A stretch of 53,243 nt of DNA, counting the filler, from Sluysia triapertura (lineage: Eukaryota): assembly GCA_046118255.1 (NCBI GenBank). It is 4 parts of 4 records of this genome, joined end to end, with 100 filler letters (N's around TTAATTAATTAA, not from the genome) between each part and the next. Parts side by side here need not be neighbours in the genome. Positions count along the whole stretch, not along the records: positions 40,754 to 53,243 come from JBJNIA010104098.1; 3 more parts are not named here. The stretch is one strand, 5' to 3'. Made by a program: the position numbers and the translations under genes. Each line of letters opens with the position of its first letter. Position 1 is the first letter of the stretch. Of this stretch, positions 51,166 to 53,243 are shown in pieces. Under the pieces are notes generated by a model. That model worked only from the letters and a program-made list of their open reading frames with translations, was not told where the DNA came from and did no database searches.

Positions 51166-51593
51166 TAAATTTAAAAGGTAGTCAATTTTATTTTTTGATA
51201 AAAACGGAGTGCTACCGTTATTGCAAACAAAACATTTTAATTTATATCTTTTGCTTCCTGATTCCACATTCTTCTTCAATAAATTGTTTTAATTGGTCCG
51301 CATTCTAATTTTTCCTTATATAGATCTCATCTTTGGTATTGTTCGCGAACTTATGCAAGTTTCTCTTCGAAAAATTTCTTATTTCTTCAACCTTGTCTTA
51401 AAAGGCGCCTAAACGTTTTTTTTGCCGAATAAAATCAATATTTAAATTTAAATTGGTTTTTGTAATAGTGTGTTTTAATGAAAATTATTTAATTTTTGAT
51501 TTTTGGTTTATAAAAAACTTTATAACAAACTTGTTATCCACACGGTTCATTATTTAATATTGAATATTTAATTTGAATATACTTATTCTTTTA

Positions 51594-52094
51594 TTAATTT
51601 ATTACACATATACTCGACATGTAATTATTTTTATAATTATAAACTAACTCCATGTGTTTATTTTGCGAAAAAGAAATAAAATACATTTCTGGGTTTTTCA
51701 TTTGTTTTTGTAAAATCCATCGAACAACTTTATACAGTATGTACAAAAAAATAAGACATGATACCCAAATAAATCGAATATTTTTTTCATCTTCTAACAT
51801 GATTCCATGTTTGGTTTTACAAATTATAAAATATATAAACAATGCTAAATAACCTAATGCTAGTATAACGTATAATCCAAGTTTTATTAGAAAGGCATTA
51901 TTATTATGAATATCATTAATTGTTTTAACAGCATTATAAATATGCTTTGAAAAATTGCCTTTTTGTTCTGGCAATGGTTCAAAATCTTCTTCTAGATATA
52001 TTCTCAAAACTTCTTCTTCTGGATAACTAGTATATTTAATTAAATTATCTAATGCTCTTGGAGATGGACTTTTTCTGGTGGGGAGTTTCGGCGC
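51594..52094 (-). CDS. exon resembling the N-terminal TM region of a concentrative nucleoside transporter (SLC28 family)
   Basis: tttag acceptor at 52095-52096, open frame APKLPTRK...FLIKLGLYVILALGYLALFIYF...DEKNIRFIWVSCLIFLYILY, resembling CNT TM1-TM2; further SLC28 exons not found. Confidence 0.55.
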   Translation of the reverse strand, partial: APKLPTRKSPSPRALDNLIKYTSYPEEEVLRIYLEEDFEPLPEQKGNFSKHIYNAVKTINDIHNNNAFLIKLGLYVILALGYLALFIYFIICKTKHGIMLEDEKNIRFIWVSCLIFLYILYKVVRWILQKQMKNPEMYFISFSQNKHMELVYNYKNNYMSSICVIN

Positions 52095-52479
52095 CTAAAT
52101 TTAATATTTAAAATAAATCAGCATTATTTTCCAGTTAATTTGGTTGTAGATATTATACGAAGAGAATTTTATATGCATCCTTCAATTTAACATTTTAATA
52201 AAATGCAAATTTATTTTGCTATCAATTTGAAAATAGAAAATAAATTAAAAGTATTTATGATTTAAAATGCATTTCTATTCTGCAGATAAACGATAAATAA
52301 GATTTTTCACAATGAATAATCCAGATTTCCAATGTCATTTTTGAAATATCTATGTATCACTCTATGTTTATTGGCCTATCGAAGTTGAGTCCATCAGGTT
52401 ACGATGTACGGAAGATACTCAAACATGCAATATTTAGAAACTCCAGAATATGTAACGATAATGAGGGAAAATTTACAGG

Positions 52480-52740
52480 ATGCACGGATTGCAGGCTTAA
52501 AAATGAAATATTCTCAAAAGATGCTCATGATAAAAAGACGAAAGAACACAAATTTCAAGTTGACGATAACGTATTGGTAGATTATCCACTATCAAAACCA
52601 GGTCCATGAGAAGTCAAAATCCTACCAATCTATTTATAATGGATCCTAACAAAATCGATGCTGAAACATTTGTGGTACATGTTAATAAATATAAAACGGC
52701 ACCTAAATAGGAATATAACTTATGAAATATAAAAGTTGAG
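52480..52740 (+). mobile_element. isolated Ty3/gypsy integrase C-terminal fragment
   Basis: KDAHDKKTKEHKFQVDDNVLV..PGP*EV...TFVVHVNKYK...EYNL parallels KEYHDKKAKPHNFRIGDKVLI..GPCEV..IVHSKRCK..YNLR in element A. Confidence 0.7.
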
Positions 52741-53243
52741 AGAACAGTCTTAAAAGTTAAACCCAAAACTAAGGGCCGTAATAAACCTCCTTTCGTTCAT
52801 TCGTTAGTTAATAAACAAGTAGTAATAATAATAAATACATCACTGGCTATACAGAATAATGTATTTCAAAATGGCAGATGTAAAGAGCCGTATCAACCGT
52901 AGTTGCTCAATTTGTAACATTTACAACAATTACTCAAAAATTACATAAACATCGCAGAATTCACAAAGTACATATCAAATCTTAACAATTGTAAATCACG
53001 TTACAATTCACAAAACACTTAATTTTAATCACATAATCTAATTGATAAATTCATTTCATATTGTTAGGTTGTCATCACAACCCTCTAAAATAATTTTAAA
53101 ATGATAAAATGAATTAAAATTAATTAATTTAAAATATTTAAAACTATCAAAAATTAATTAAAAACATAAAATATCTTAAAATCAATTATTAATTTGTAAA
53201 ATTACTTAAAAACAATTATTTTCCAAAAAAGAAAATAAAATTT

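Overview
AT-rich eukaryotic (metazoan) genomic DNA made of four sequence blocks joined by artificial 100-bp N44-TTAATTAATTAA-N44 spacers. Host genes have very short introns (33-46 nt), consistent with a compact invertebrate genome; the species cannot be determined from sequence alone. Host content: a complete V-ATPase subunit e gene, the first four exons of an ERM/moesin gene, the terminal exon of an allatostatin-C/somatostatin-type neuropeptide precursor, an EF-hand terminal exon, a kinesin light chain fragment and an SLC28-like exon. Much of the rest is decayed mobile DNA. The standout is a pair of unusual Ty3/gypsy LTR retroelements. One has the order gag - unknown domain X - chuvirus-like envelope glycoprotein - protease - RT, so env lies between gag and pol. 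The other carries three aspartic protease domains, two integrase-type HHCC zinc fingers, two copies of domain X and signal-peptide/TM cargo after integrase. Also present: two ~98-bp tRNA-like cassettes bounded by TGTTAGAC...GTCTAACA, a decayed pogo/Tigger element, Tc1/mariner and RLE non-LTR fragments, MITE-like elements and hairpin arrays. All family assignments come from manual translation and motif recognition; no database searches were run.
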